Shown here: one piece after another, positions 48,519 to 58,593 of the stretch | How positions within the stretch are numbered: position 1 is the stretch's first letter | Layout: every line of letters begins with the position of its first letter | Origin: Deferribacterales bacterium | Lineage (GTDB): Bacteria > Chrysiogenota > Deferribacteres > Deferribacterales > Geovibrionaceae | Reading direction: 5' to 3' | NCBI GenBank assembly: GCA_050251945.1 | Contig: JBFWLW010000002.1 | Location: 128,001 to 192,000 of the forward strand | Length of the DNA: 64,000 bases | Notes under the pieces: generated by a model | What the model saw: only the letters and a program-made list of their open reading frames with translations | Told to the model about the DNA's origin: nothing | Databases searched by the model: none | Program-made: the position numbers and the translations under genes

Positions 48519-49850
48519 ATGAGTGACGCTGCGAAGCTTAAACAGGAAATTCTTGAAAAAACAATAGAGTATTACAAAGCCGTACATAAACCCAAACAGG
48601 ACAAGCCTTTCAACGAAGGCGTGGATAAGGTCACATATGCCGCAAGGGTTTTTGACGAAAAAGAGATGGTGAACCTTGTGTCCAGTTCGCTGGATTTCTG
48701 GCTGACATACGGAGAATATTCCAGGATGTTCGAGGAAAAACTGGCGCAGTTCTTAGGCGTGCGGTGGTCTCTGCTGGTAAATTCCGGTTCATCCGCAAAT
48801 CTGCTTGCGTTCATGTCACTGACTTCCCCACTTCTGGGAGACAGAAGAGTGAAACGGGGAGATGAAATCATAACTGTCGCGGCGGGTTTCCCGACAACCG
48901 TTGCGCCTGCGATACAATACGGTGCCGTTCCTGTGTTCGTTGACGTTGAGCTTGATACGTTCAACATAGACACAAACAAGCTTGAAGCGGCTGTATCGCA
49001 TAAAACCAAGGCGGTCATGGTGGCGCACACCCTCGGTAACCCTTTTGATATCGAAAAAGTCAAAGCATTCTGCGAAAAACATAAACTGTGGCTGATAGAA
49101 GACAACTGCGATGCGCTCGGCTCGAAGTTCAACGGTAAATACACAGGTACTTTCGGCGATATAGGCACAAGCAGTTTTTATCCTCCTCACCATATGACAA
49201 TGGGTGAAGGGGGTGCTGTTTACACCAGTAACCCCACACTGAGAAAGATAATGCTCAGTATCCGCGACTGGGGACGCGACTGCTGGTGCGACAGCGGAAG
49301 AGACAACACATGCGGTGAAAGATTCAGCAAACAGTTCGGTAAACTGCCAAAAGGTTATGACCATAAATACGTTTACAGCCATTTCGGATATAACCTGAAA
49401 GTAAGCGACATGCAGGCGGCAATCGGTGTTGCCCAGCTTGACAAACTTCCTTCGTTTATAGAAAAAAGACGCGAAAATTTCGATATGCTTTATAACGGGC
49501 TGAAACACCTTGATAAATATCTGGTTCTGCCGAAAGCAACAAAAGGTTCCGAACCCAGCTGGTTCGGTTTTCTCCTCACTGTTAAACCCGAGTCACCGAT
49601 TACGCGAAACGAACTTGCTGTCTACCTCGAAGAAGAGAAAAACATACAGACCAGAAACCTGTTCGGCGGCAACATAATATGCCATCCCTGCTTTGAAAGC
49701 CTTACTGAAGGTGTTGACTACAAAGTTTCCGGCGAACTGAAAAATACAGACACCATTATGAACGACAGTATATGGCTGGGCGTATACCCCGGTATGAAAC
49801 AGGAACAGATAGACTACATCATAGAAAGTATCTGTAATAAATTTGCATAA
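48519..49850 (+). CDS. rfbH: CDP-4-keto-6-deoxyglucose 3-dehydratase (E1, RfbH/DdhC)
   Basis: NSGSSANL, SFYPPHHMTMGEGG (His in place of Lys), RDCWC..DNTC Fe-S motif. Confidence 0.95.
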   Translation: MSDAAKLKQEILEKTIEYYKAVHKPKQDKPFNEGVDKVTYAARVFDEKEMVNLVSSSLDFWLTYGEYSRMFEEKLAQFLGVRWSLLVNSGSSANLLAFMSLTSPLLGDRRVKRGDEIITVAAGFPTTVAPAIQYGAVPVFVDVELDTFNIDTNKLEAAVSHKTKAVMVAHTLGNPFDIEKVKAFCEKHKLWLIEDNCDALGSKFNGKYTGTFGDIGTSSFYPPHHMTMGEGGAVYTSNPTLRKIMLSIRDWGRDCWCDSGRDNTCGERFSKQFGKLPKGYDHKYVYSHFGYNLKVSDMQAAIGVAQLDKLPSFIEKRRENFDMLYNGLKHLDKYLVLPKATKGSEPSWFGFLLTVKPESPITRNELAVYLEEEKNIQTRNLFGGNIICHPCFESLTEGVDYKVSGELKNTDTIMNDSIWLGVYPGMKQEQIDYIIESICNKFA

Positions 49851-49860
49851 GGAAGACATC

Positions 49861-50238
49861 ATGGGTCTGTTAGACCGCAGGTTCATAGTTTTTCTTATTG
49901 TCGGCGTTCTGAACACGGTGTTCGGCTATGGCCTGTTTGCGCTGTTCATTTTTTTTGGATTGCACTACACGCTTGCTGTGCTTTTTTCGACAGTGCTTGG
50001 CGTTCTTTTCAACTTCAAGACTATCGGCACCATAGTTTTCAGGGACGGCAGCAACAGACTGATCACAAAATTCGTTTCCGTGTATGCCTTTCTGTATGTA
50101 CTGAACATTTCAGGATTGAAATTACTGGATATGGCAGGCACCACAAACAAATACATTTCCGGAGGCATTCTGCTCTTACCGCTGGCGATGCTCTCCTTTC
50201 TGCTTAATAAAAAATTTGTCTTCAACAGGAATTCATGA
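49861..50238 (+). CDS. GtrA family lipid-linked sugar flippase
   Basis: Small 4-TM protein; FLIVGVLNT..SFLLNKKFVF. Confidence 0.88.
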   Translation: MGLLDRRFIVFLIVGVLNTVFGYGLFALFIFFGLHYTLAVLFSTVLGVLFNFKTIGTIVFRDGSNRLITKFVSVYAFLYVLNISGLKLLDMAGTTNKYISGGILLLPLAMLSFLLNKKFVFNRNS

Positions 50239-51191
50239 TGAAAATGATCAGCATCGTCACCGCATGTTATAATGAAGAAGATAATGTAGCCGAACTGATA
50301 GAACGTGTCAGAAACGTTATGTCAGCTGAGCTTTCGCAATATACATACGAACACATCTTCATTGATAATTCAAGCGAAGACAGAACTGTGGAGATACTTA
50401 AAGGATTTGCCGCAGAAGACAAGCGCATAAAAATAATCGTCAACTCGCGAAATTTCGGACATGTCCGCTCACCCGTGCACGGTCTCTATCAGGCATCCGG
50501 CGATGCCATTATATCAGTTGTTGCCGACCTTCAGGACCCGCCGGAGACGATACCCCAGTTTGTAAAACTTTGGGAAGAAGGAAACGACATAGTTCTGGCG
50601 GTAAAAAAGGACAGCGAAGAGAACGGGCTTATGTTTAAATTGCGTGAGATGTATTATTCGCTGCTGGCGAAGCTTTCTGAAGTTAAAATATTCAAAAACT
50701 TCACCGGCTTCGGACTTTACGACAGAAAGGTCATGAACGCACTTAAACAGATGCACGACCCCTATCCTTTTTTTCGCGGCATGATAGCGGAGGCAGGTTT
50801 TAAAGTGGCAAGGCTTGACTACCACCAGCCCATACGCATCAAAGGAATTACAAAAAACAACTTCTATACACTTTATGACATGGGTGTCCTCGGTATCATA
50901 AACAACTCTAAAGTTCCTCTGAGAATAGCTATGTTCATCAGTGTCATATGCGGTTTTCTCAGCTTTTGCACAGGCATGGCATATCTGATAATGAAGATTC
51001 TGAACTGGGACAGCATGTCTATGGGAATTGCACCGCTTGTAATAGGCACTGCATTCATGTTCTCAATACTTCTGTTTTTCATCGCAATTATCGGAGAGTA
51101 TATCGGCGCAATATATACGCAGGTGCTCAACAGACCCTATGTCTTTGAAAAAGAACGGATAAATTTTGACAGGACAGACGAAAATGTTTGA
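50235..51191 (+). CDS. GtrB-like undecaprenyl-phosphate glycosyltransferase (GT2)
   Basis: YNEEDN, RNFGH, ADLQDPP, two C-terminal TMs, IIGEYIG..RP. Confidence 0.9.
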   Translation: MMKMISIVTACYNEEDNVAELIERVRNVMSAELSQYTYEHIFIDNSSEDRTVEILKGFAAEDKRIKIIVNSRNFGHVRSPVHGLYQASGDAIISVVADLQDPPETIPQFVKLWEEGNDIVLAVKKDSEENGLMFKLREMYYSLLAKLSEVKIFKNFTGFGLYDRKVMNALKQMHDPYPFFRGMIAEAGFKVARLDYHQPIRIKGITKNNFYTLYDMGVLGIINNSKVPLRIAMFISVICGFLSFCTGMAYLIMKILNWDSMSMGIAPLVIGTAFMFSILLFFIAIIGEYIGAIYTQVLNRPYVFEKERINFDRTDENV

Positions 51192-53634
51192 CAAAACAAA
51201 AAAACAGAACCTGTATCTGTTTCTGACGGCGATACAGATAATTCTGTTCTTACACTACCTTGTCCAGTCATTCGGTCCTAAACCCGTAAATTATTTTTAT
51301 AATGACTGTGTAACAATATTCTTTAATCCCGAGAAACGCGCAGAACTGATCGGTTATATTGCAAGCGTATGCGTAATTGGAATATTCATACTGACTGTCA
51401 TAATCGCTGAACGACTTTCATGCGGCAAAATGTGCCGTCTCTCATCAGTTTTTTTCAACCGAATATTCAGCTTACAAAACATTAAAGGAACATTAATTTC
51501 GCTATTAGTATTTGTTTTTATACCTTTCGGAATACTCGCAATAGGCATACACCCTTTAATAAAATTTGTAATTCAGACAATTCTTCTGACGGCGATAATC
51601 GGTGCTCCCATAGGGCTGATAAGAAAACTCAGAAAATTTCTCGAAAAAACAGGACTGAAACTTTCAAAAAAACCAAAGATTCTTAATTACATCCTAGCAG
51701 GTATCATATTTATAGGCTTCTTACAGATATTCTCCCTGCTGTACGGCACGATATTCGGCAATCCAAAGATAATTAACGAGTTTTTTACAATTCCGGAAAC
51801 TACCCTGTTGGGTGATAAAGCCATTGATAATACCCAATATTGGAATGAACACTTTCATTCACCCATAACCAATAAAACCGATATAATCACTGACTACGAT
51901 AAAAACTGCATAACAGACAAAAACATAGCAGACAACAGGGTTATGCAGCTTTATTCACGTGAAGGATTCTACTATAACAGGCACACTGGAAAACTCTGCA
52001 TCAACACAGCAGACATGTCATCATTTGCAGTTCTCGCTGAAATAGAGAATATTAACAGAATAACCGCGCATAATGCCGATGAACTGGCAAAACAAAAGGT
52101 ACATATTCCGACAGACGAAGAGAAATATTTCCTGAGTCTGAATAAGTTTGAAACACACTGGCAGATACTCAGCAGATTCATGATACATCACAACAGCTTT
52201 ATATATGTCCCGATAATGGAGCTGTCCCTTGGAAAGAATATTGAAGGAATTAATGCGCAATATGGTCTTGGAGCAACACAGTTTTTTGAAAAAATCCTTT
52301 CAGGACTCGACAGCATCTCCTTAGACAGCATACTTAAAATGTCTTACCTGTTTTACTACGTTTATTTTATTATGCTTGGTATAGCATTGTACATAATGAC
52401 AAAAAGCCTGGCGTGGACATCTTTTCTGTTCATTGCGGCTGTCACGGCGTTTAACCTTCGCGGTTATGATTTCAGGATTCTTCCACCCGGTGATGCGGCG
52501 TGGAGGCACCTGTTCGATGTCACGGTGATGATGCTTTTATACATCTACGCAAAAAAAGATAACTTGTTATTTCTCGCTTCTGCGCTTCTGCTTTCTGTTG
52601 TTTCAGTATGGCTCAATCCGCAAATAGGTCTGATGATACTTACGGCATCCGTAATCTCAGCAGTATTTTTCGCAATCTTTGAAAAAAGGCACATCATTTA
52701 TAGTTTTATTCTTTCCGGCGCGGCTCTGGCGTCTGGTTTAAAACTTTATACAGCATGTTCCGCTTCAAACGATCTTGCTGAATATTATCTGGACGGAGTA
52801 ATAGGATTCAGAATGCCGTTTAAATTCATGCTTGTTCTTTTTGCAGTATTCATCATCGGCTATCTGTTGATTAAAAATATTATGAAACGTTTCCCGAAAG
52901 AAGTTTATCTTCACTATATTTTCATCGCTGTTTACGTTCAGGAACTTTTTGTTTATGTGGCATGGCACTTCAATCCGGACGGGCTGCTGTCCAGATTTTA
53001 TTTTTATATTCTGCTTCTGCTTATCTTAAAACCATATATCAGCAACTTCCCTGCGAACAAAAGGAGAAAGACCGCTGTATACGCTTTTTCGGCTGTTCTG
53101 GGACTATACGCTTTGAGCGCATTGTATGTTAATCTGTCTAAGTACAGATATGAGAAGATATTTACCACTCACAAAACATACGAATGGAACATGGAAAGGG
53201 CGAAAATAACCTCCACCATGAATCCAGAATACTTCCAGAACGGAGTTGACCTTATAAAAAAATACTCCGACGTGGCAAAAGGGATATACATTGTTTCCGA
53301 GTTTGACAACATATTACCTTTTCTCTCTGACAAATACAGCCTTATGCCCTTTTTCGATTTGAAATGGTACCATATAACGCCGAAAGAACTTAATAAGTCT
53401 GTCTCCACACTTAAAGATAAAAGACCGGAATATATATTTGTCGACACCGGCTACGACCGTAATCTGAACAATGAAATAATTGATCCGGATTTTCCAGGAT
53501 ACAAATATATCAGTGAAGAATCGGTATGGCGTGTACAAAGACTGAATTTGCTCTATTCTGTTTTCAGTTCGGTGGAACAAGACTACCAACTCGTTGAAAA
53601 GGGAGCGTTGATCTCCGTTTACAAAAGGAAATAA
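51184..53634 (+). CDS. Large polytopic membrane protein, putative GT-C (GtrC-like) transferase
   Basis: Many TMs with large loops; directly follows gtrAB; AT-rich; function inferred from context. Confidence 0.6.
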   Translation: MFDKTKKQNLYLFLTAIQIILFLHYLVQSFGPKPVNYFYNDCVTIFFNPEKRAELIGYIASVCVIGIFILTVIIAERLSCGKMCRLSSVFFNRIFSLQNIKGTLISLLVFVFIPFGILAIGIHPLIKFVIQTILLTAIIGAPIGLIRKLRKFLEKTGLKLSKKPKILNYILAGIIFIGFLQIFSLLYGTIFGNPKIINEFFTIPETTLLGDKAIDNTQYWNEHFHSPITNKTDIITDYDKNCITDKNIADNRVMQLYSREGFYYNRHTGKLCINTADMSSFAVLAEIENINRITAHNADELAKQKVHIPTDEEKYFLSLNKFETHWQILSRFMIHHNSFIYVPIMELSLGKNIEGINAQYGLGATQFFEKILSGLDSISLDSILKMSYLFYYVYFIMLGIALYIMTKSLAWTSFLFIAAVTAFNLRGYDFRILPPGDAAWRHLFDVTVMMLLYIYAKKDNLLFLASALLLSVVSVWLNPQIGLMILTASVISAVFFAIFEKRHIIYSFILSGAALASGLKLYTACSASNDLAEYYLDGVIGFRMPFKFMLVLFAVFIIGYLLIKNIMKRFPKEVYLHYIFIAVYVQELFVYVAWHFNPDGLLSRFYFYILLLLILKPYISNFPANKRRKTAVYAFSAVLGLYALSALYVNLSKYRYEKIFTTHKTYEWNMERAKITSTMNPEYFQNGVDLIKKYSDVAKGIYIVSEFDNILPFLSDKYSLMPFFDLKWYHITPKELNKSVSTLKDKRPEYIFVDTGYDRNLNNEIIDPDFPGYKYISEESVWRVQRLNLLYSVFSSVEQDYQLVEKGALISVYKRK

Positions 53635-53644
53635 GGACAGGCGG

Positions 53645-55135
53645 ATGCGTTTTCTTAAAAACCTGATGTACAGTTATTTTGCAATAGTCGTCGGCTTTGT
53701 TTCAAGCATTGTCAGCGTGCCTGTCATCATCAGTCAGTTCGGAAATGAACTTTTCAGCTTCTGGAGCATGGTATTCGGCATCAGCCTGTACATCACTACA
53801 GCCTCTTTCGGAGTACCATCCGCGGCAAATGTTGCTGTTGCTGGTTTGAACACTACCGAAGCTGTAAAACGATCTATCAGAAGCGCGTTCATTTTTTTGG
53901 TCATCATTGCCGCGGGGCTTGCCATCTGCGGACTTGCCTATATAATCATTGACCCGGACTGGATACACCTTTTCGGAAACATGTCCGGGGGAAATATACC
54001 TGTCCTGAAGGCTTCTGCCATCATCCTGATTCTACTGTCTCTCATCAGACTTCCTTTCACACTGTTCCAGCAGCTTTTCATAGCATTCAACCTCGTGTAC
54101 GTTGAGCGCAGTTATCAGATGCTTCTTGCAGGTCTGATCCTGCTTATGTACCTGCTGACATACGTTTTCCACGTCAGTTTCCTGTCTTTTGCGGTTATGG
54201 TCGGCGCGGCAGGAGTAATAACAAGCCTTGCCGCATGTTATCATCTTTTGAAATACATAGGCGCTATGCCAAAAAATCCTTATGTCTACGAAGAGCATGT
54301 AACGTTAAAGGATATAGTACGTCAAAGCGTTCCGTTCTTTCAGATAGGCATCGCACAGGCGATAACATGGAACTGCGGAACTTTCGTAATAAGTCACATG
54401 ATGGATGCAGCGACTGCTGCGCCTTTTGTTGTGGCTATGAAATTCGTGATCTTTGCGGTCTATACGTTTTTAATAGTTAATAATATTTTCTTTCCGTTAT
54501 ACAGCCGTGCATACGCAGCAGGCGACATGGCAACTGTAAACAGATTCTACGGCTATGCACTCTCCTTTCTGCCTGCAGCCGGAGGACTTATCTGGATCGG
54601 CGCTTTGTTCTTCTATAAAGACATAGCAATCATCTGGACAGGCTCAAAAGAGATATACACAGGTCCTCTGATGATGCTGTTTCTCGGCGGATTCATGTAT
54701 TTTCTGGCATTTTCAAATTCGCACAATATCCTTTTGCAGACGATAAAAGCGTCAAAGATATCCGCGTGGGTGACATGGACAGAAGCCTCTGTATGTCTTG
54801 CTGTTTCTGTTTTACTCGTGAATCTGATAGGTGTTGAAGGACCGGCGGCTGGAGTTTTCACCGCAACTTTTTTAACTTCTGTTTTCATCCTTCCGAAGCA
54901 GATTAAAAGCTACACAGACGGAAAGGTTTGCTTTGACTATATGATACACCTGCGCCACTTCGTTATGGTTCTTGCGCCATGTCTTCTCGTGGGATTTTTT
55001 GCGGCTGACAGGCTGGGGCTAGCAATGCGTATACTCCTGTTCATGTTCACATGTTCGGTCTATATGTCACTGACTGCTTTCATATTGCCTAAGGGTACTC
55101 TATCTGATATAATTCAGCTCAAATGGAAGAGATGA
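53645..55135 (+). CDS. Wzx-like polysaccharide flippase
   Basis: 496-aa highly hydrophobic protein in a glycan cluster. Confidence 0.78.
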   Translation: MRFLKNLMYSYFAIVVGFVSSIVSVPVIISQFGNELFSFWSMVFGISLYITTASFGVPSAANVAVAGLNTTEAVKRSIRSAFIFLVIIAAGLAICGLAYIIIDPDWIHLFGNMSGGNIPVLKASAIILILLSLIRLPFTLFQQLFIAFNLVYVERSYQMLLAGLILLMYLLTYVFHVSFLSFAVMVGAAGVITSLAACYHLLKYIGAMPKNPYVYEEHVTLKDIVRQSVPFFQIGIAQAITWNCGTFVISHMMDAATAAPFVVAMKFVIFAVYTFLIVNNIFFPLYSRAYAAGDMATVNRFYGYALSFLPAAGGLIWIGALFFYKDIAIIWTGSKEIYTGPLMMLFLGGFMYFLAFSNSHNILLQTIKASKISAWVTWTEASVCLAVSVLLVNLIGVEGPAAGVFTATFLTSVFILPKQIKSYTDGKVCFDYMIHLRHFVMVLAPCLLVGFFAADRLGLAMRILLFMFTCSVYMSLTAFILPKGTLSDIIQLKWKR

Positions 55136-56154
55136 TGAAACACACACCGCTGGTTTGTATATGTATACCGTCATACAATAGCGAATCCACCATCTCAGAT
55201 ACTCTTAATTCGCTGATATCGCAAACTTATAAGAACATCATAATAAAGGTAATGGATAATGCCTCAACAGACGGCACAGCCGATATTGTGCGTTCTTTTA
55301 TTAAAGATAACCCGAATATTCAGCTTCATATAAACGAAAAAAACATCGGCGGTGAAGCAAATTTCTCCCGTTGCATTCAAAACGGAGAAGGTGAATTTAC
55401 GGCAATTTTTCATGCAGATGATGTGTATCATGTGGAGATGATTGAAAAACAGGTGGAAACACTGAACAAATTTGACGTGTCGGCTGTCATGACAAACGCG
55501 GCATACATAGACAGTGAAGGTAATGTTATAGGACACAGACTTTTTCCAACGGAATTAAAAGGTGTGGGTCCATTTATCCTGGATACCTCTGATATGATTA
55601 AACTGCTTGTAAGATATGGAAATTTTTTTGTGTGTCCCAGTTGTATGGGACGTACGGAAATTTATAAAAACAGTATAAAGGAATGGAGAGGTCCTATGTT
55701 TTCGATAGCTGCAGACCTTGACGTATGGCTTCGTTTTGCAGGGAACGGAAAGCTTGCCCTAATGAAAGAGGAACTCATTTTTTATCGCCGTTCAACAGCC
55801 AGCTACTCCTATAACCTTATACTGAACAGAACTGAAGTTCAGCCTATATTCAAGGTCATTGACTATCATATGGAGAAATGCCGTGACAGTTTGTCAAAAT
55901 CAGATATGGATTATTACGAATTCCTTAAATTCAAAGATGAAGTGAACGTGACTATCAACCATATACTCAAAGGCAGCCATAACCGCAGTATCAATCTTGG
56001 TGTGTTGCGACCTGTTATAATGAAAATCGGCTTCAGTTCAAAACACCACTTAAAGCTGTATGCAGTGGGCGTGATAACCTCTGTTCTGGTGCGGTTCAAA
56101 AGACTTCCGCAGTTCCTTCGGAACATGATAATAAAACAAAGATGCAAAGCATGA
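55132..56154 (+). CDS. Glycosyltransferase family 2
   Basis: CIPSYN, DNASTD, HADD, DLDVWLR. Confidence 0.9.
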   Translation: MMKHTPLVCICIPSYNSESTISDTLNSLISQTYKNIIIKVMDNASTDGTADIVRSFIKDNPNIQLHINEKNIGGEANFSRCIQNGEGEFTAIFHADDVYHVEMIEKQVETLNKFDVSAVMTNAAYIDSEGNVIGHRLFPTELKGVGPFILDTSDMIKLLVRYGNFFVCPSCMGRTEIYKNSIKEWRGPMFSIAADLDVWLRFAGNGKLALMKEELIFYRRSTASYSYNLILNRTEVQPIFKVIDYHMEKCRDSLSKSDMDYYEFLKFKDEVNVTINHILKGSHNRSINLGVLRPVIMKIGFSSKHHLKLYAVGVITSVLVRFKRLPQFLRNMIIKQRCKA

Positions 56155-57275
56155 AAAAAATAGTTTTCTCGACAAACTCCTCTTTCAGTCTGGTTAAATT
56201 CAGATACGGAATAATGAAGCGTCTATGCGACATGGGTCACGAGGTTCACGCCGTTATCCCAGTTGAAGGACTTGAGGAAGAGCTCGAAAAGATAGGTGTT
56301 AAGGTTCATCCGCTGGGTATGGACAGCAACGGGATTAATCCGCTGAAAGATATTGTATATTTCATACGTCTGATAATCATTTTCTTTAAAATAAAACCGA
56401 ATGTAGTTTTCAATTATACTGCGAAATCAACGATTTACGGCACAGTTGCGGCAAAGATAGCAGGTTCCGTGTCCATACCGGTTCTGCCGGGACTGGGCTA
56501 TTCCTTCAGCGGACGCAGGCTTGAATACATTCTGCGTAAAATGTACTCTTTTGCTTTTATGTTCGCTGATCAGGTCTGGTTCATAAACAACGACGACCAC
56601 AAACTTTTCGTCAGTAAAAACATATTACCCGGAAATAAGAAAGTGCTTGTTCTGCCCGGCGAAGGTGTAAACACGACAACCTTTGCTCCAATGGAGATAC
56701 CGAAACATAAACCTTTCACATTCCTGCTTATCGCAAGGCTTATCTGGGACAAAGGTGTCGGCGAATACGCAAAAGCTGCGGCAATAATAAAAAAAGAGAT
56801 ACCGGACACCCGCTTCACACTCATAGGTCAGCTCGCCGGAAATAATCCTAATGCAGTGGATGAAGCGAGTCTCAACGGTTGGGTATCGGAAGGGACAATT
56901 GAATATCTCGGTACGTTCAACGACGTGCGCAAATATATCGCCGAAAGCGAGTGCGTGGTTCTGCCAACTTATTACAGAGAGGGCAAACCAATGGTGCTGA
57001 TGGAAGCCTGCTCAATGGCGGTGCCTGTGATAGCTACCCGCATGGTGGGCTGCAAAGATATTGTTGAAGACGGAAAGAACGGTCTGATGTGCGACCCCAA
57101 GGATGTTGAAGGTCTGGTTTCGGCTATGAAAAAGATGATAGCCATGACGCAGGATGAAAGGAAAAAAATGGGCATGACAGGTCGCCGAATGATATTGGAG
57201 CAGTTTGATGAAAATATAATTATTGACATTTATCTCAATGAGATGAGAAAAATGCCAAACATGAACGATTTCTGA
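56151..57275 (+). CDS. Glycosyltransferase family 4
   Basis: ARLIWDKG, YREGKPMVLMEA (EX7E). Confidence 0.92.
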   Translation: MKKIVFSTNSSFSLVKFRYGIMKRLCDMGHEVHAVIPVEGLEEELEKIGVKVHPLGMDSNGINPLKDIVYFIRLIIIFFKIKPNVVFNYTAKSTIYGTVAAKIAGSVSIPVLPGLGYSFSGRRLEYILRKMYSFAFMFADQVWFINNDDHKLFVSKNILPGNKKVLVLPGEGVNTTTFAPMEIPKHKPFTFLLIARLIWDKGVGEYAKAAAIIKKEIPDTRFTLIGQLAGNNPNAVDEASLNGWVSEGTIEYLGTFNDVRKYIAESECVVLPTYYREGKPMVLMEACSMAVPVIATRMVGCKDIVEDGKNGLMCDPKDVEGLVSAMKKMIAMTQDERKKMGMTGRRMILEQFDENIIIDIYLNEMRKMPNMNDF

Positions 57276-57348
57276 GCTTTCGCTCAACAATTGGGTTGAA
57301 GCTTTTAAATAATTATTGAATAATAACAGAAAAACAGAAGGGATTCTT

Positions 57349-58125
57349 ATGAAAGTAGTTATTCTTGCGGGCGGTTTCGGAACAAGGCTAAGCGAAGAAA
57401 CCGACATCAAACCAAAGCCCATGGTGGAAATAGGCGGAAAACCTATCCTCTGGCACATAATGAAGATATACTCCAGCTTCGGTTTTAACGAGTTCGTCAT
57501 CTGTCTCGGCTATAAAGGCTATACGATCAAGGAATATTTCGCGCATTACTTTATCCATAACTCCGACGTGACTTTCGACTTTTCAAACAATAACGAAAGG
57601 ATAATCCACACCCATAACGCCGAGCCATGGAAAGTGACACTGGTTGACACCGGAATAAACACCATGACAGGCGGCAGGGTAAAAAGAGTTCAACCTTACA
57701 TAGGCGATGAACCTTTCATGCTGACGTACGGCGACGGTGTTGCAGATATTGATATTAACGAGGTTATCAAATTCCACAAATCTCACGGAAAAGCAATAAC
57801 CATGTCCTCTTCCCAGCCGGACGGCAGATTCGGAGCAATTGACATAGAGGACAATAAAGTAACCAGTTTTCTTGAAAAGCCCAAAGGCGACGGCACATGG
57901 ATAAATATCGGATTTTTTATATGTGAGCCAAAGGTCTTTGATTACATCAAAGACGGAGACGCAACCATATTTGAGAAAGCGCCGCTTGAACATCTTGCAA
58001 AAGACGAAGAAATGTATGCATATAAACACAGAGGCTTCTGGAAGCCGATGGATACACTGCGCGACAAAATTGAGCTGCAAAGGCTATGGGACACGGGCAC
58101 AGCTCCGTGGAAACTCTGGAAATAA
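57349..58125 (+). CDS. rfbF: Glucose-1-phosphate cytidylyltransferase
   Basis: LAGGFGTRLSEET..KPKPM, TMTGGRV, TYGDG, FWKPMDTLRD. Confidence 0.95.
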   Translation: MKVVILAGGFGTRLSEETDIKPKPMVEIGGKPILWHIMKIYSSFGFNEFVICLGYKGYTIKEYFAHYFIHNSDVTFDFSNNNERIIHTHNAEPWKVTLVDTGINTMTGGRVKRVQPYIGDEPFMLTYGDGVADIDINEVIKFHKSHGKAITMSSSQPDGRFGAIDIEDNKVTSFLEKPKGDGTWINIGFFICEPKVFDYIKDGDATIFEKAPLEHLAKDEEMYAYKHRGFWKPMDTLRDKIELQRLWDTGTAPWKLWK

Positions 58126-58593
58126 TTAACCGATAAAAGCTGTTATCTCATCCCTGAGGTGGGATATCAGCTTAGGGATGCCTGCTTCAACCTGCGGGGT
58201 AAGGGTCATATCCATCTCTATGGAACCGGTCTGTATACCGTAAAGAACAACCTCTTTCGGACGCACGCCCATCAGTTCCGCGGTGGCAAGCATATCTTTC
58301 ATACCCATCTGGTGCGCGGAGAGTCTGTTTTCAAAAACAGCGTCAATGTCGTCACCGTCAACCTTAACGACAGTTCCCGGCTCCATGCCGAAATCCACAG
58401 CATCAGCAATAATAAGCCTGTCCGACCATTCGATATAAACGAGAAGGTCAAGTCCGAGCGTTCCGCCGTCCATAACTCTGAGAGTATCGGTTGAAGGAAA
58501 CTCTTTCATGAGTTCCTGCGCGGCAAGTACGCCCGCAGCGTCGTCGTTCATCACAAGGTTGCCTATACCAAGTACCAGCAGTTTCATGATCAC
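58126..58593 (-). CDS. Hydrogenase maturation endopeptidase (HyaD/HybD family)
   Basis: GIGNLVMNDDAAG, DGGT, DAVD, SAHQ. Confidence 0.92.
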   Translation of the reverse strand: MIMKLLVLGIGNLVMNDDAAGVLAAQELMKEFPSTDTLRVMDGGTLGLDLLVYIEWSDRLIIADAVDFGMEPGTVVKVDGDDIDAVFENRLSAHQMGMKDMLATAELMGVRPKEVVLYGIQTGSIEMDMTLTPQVEAGIPKLISHLRDEITAFIG

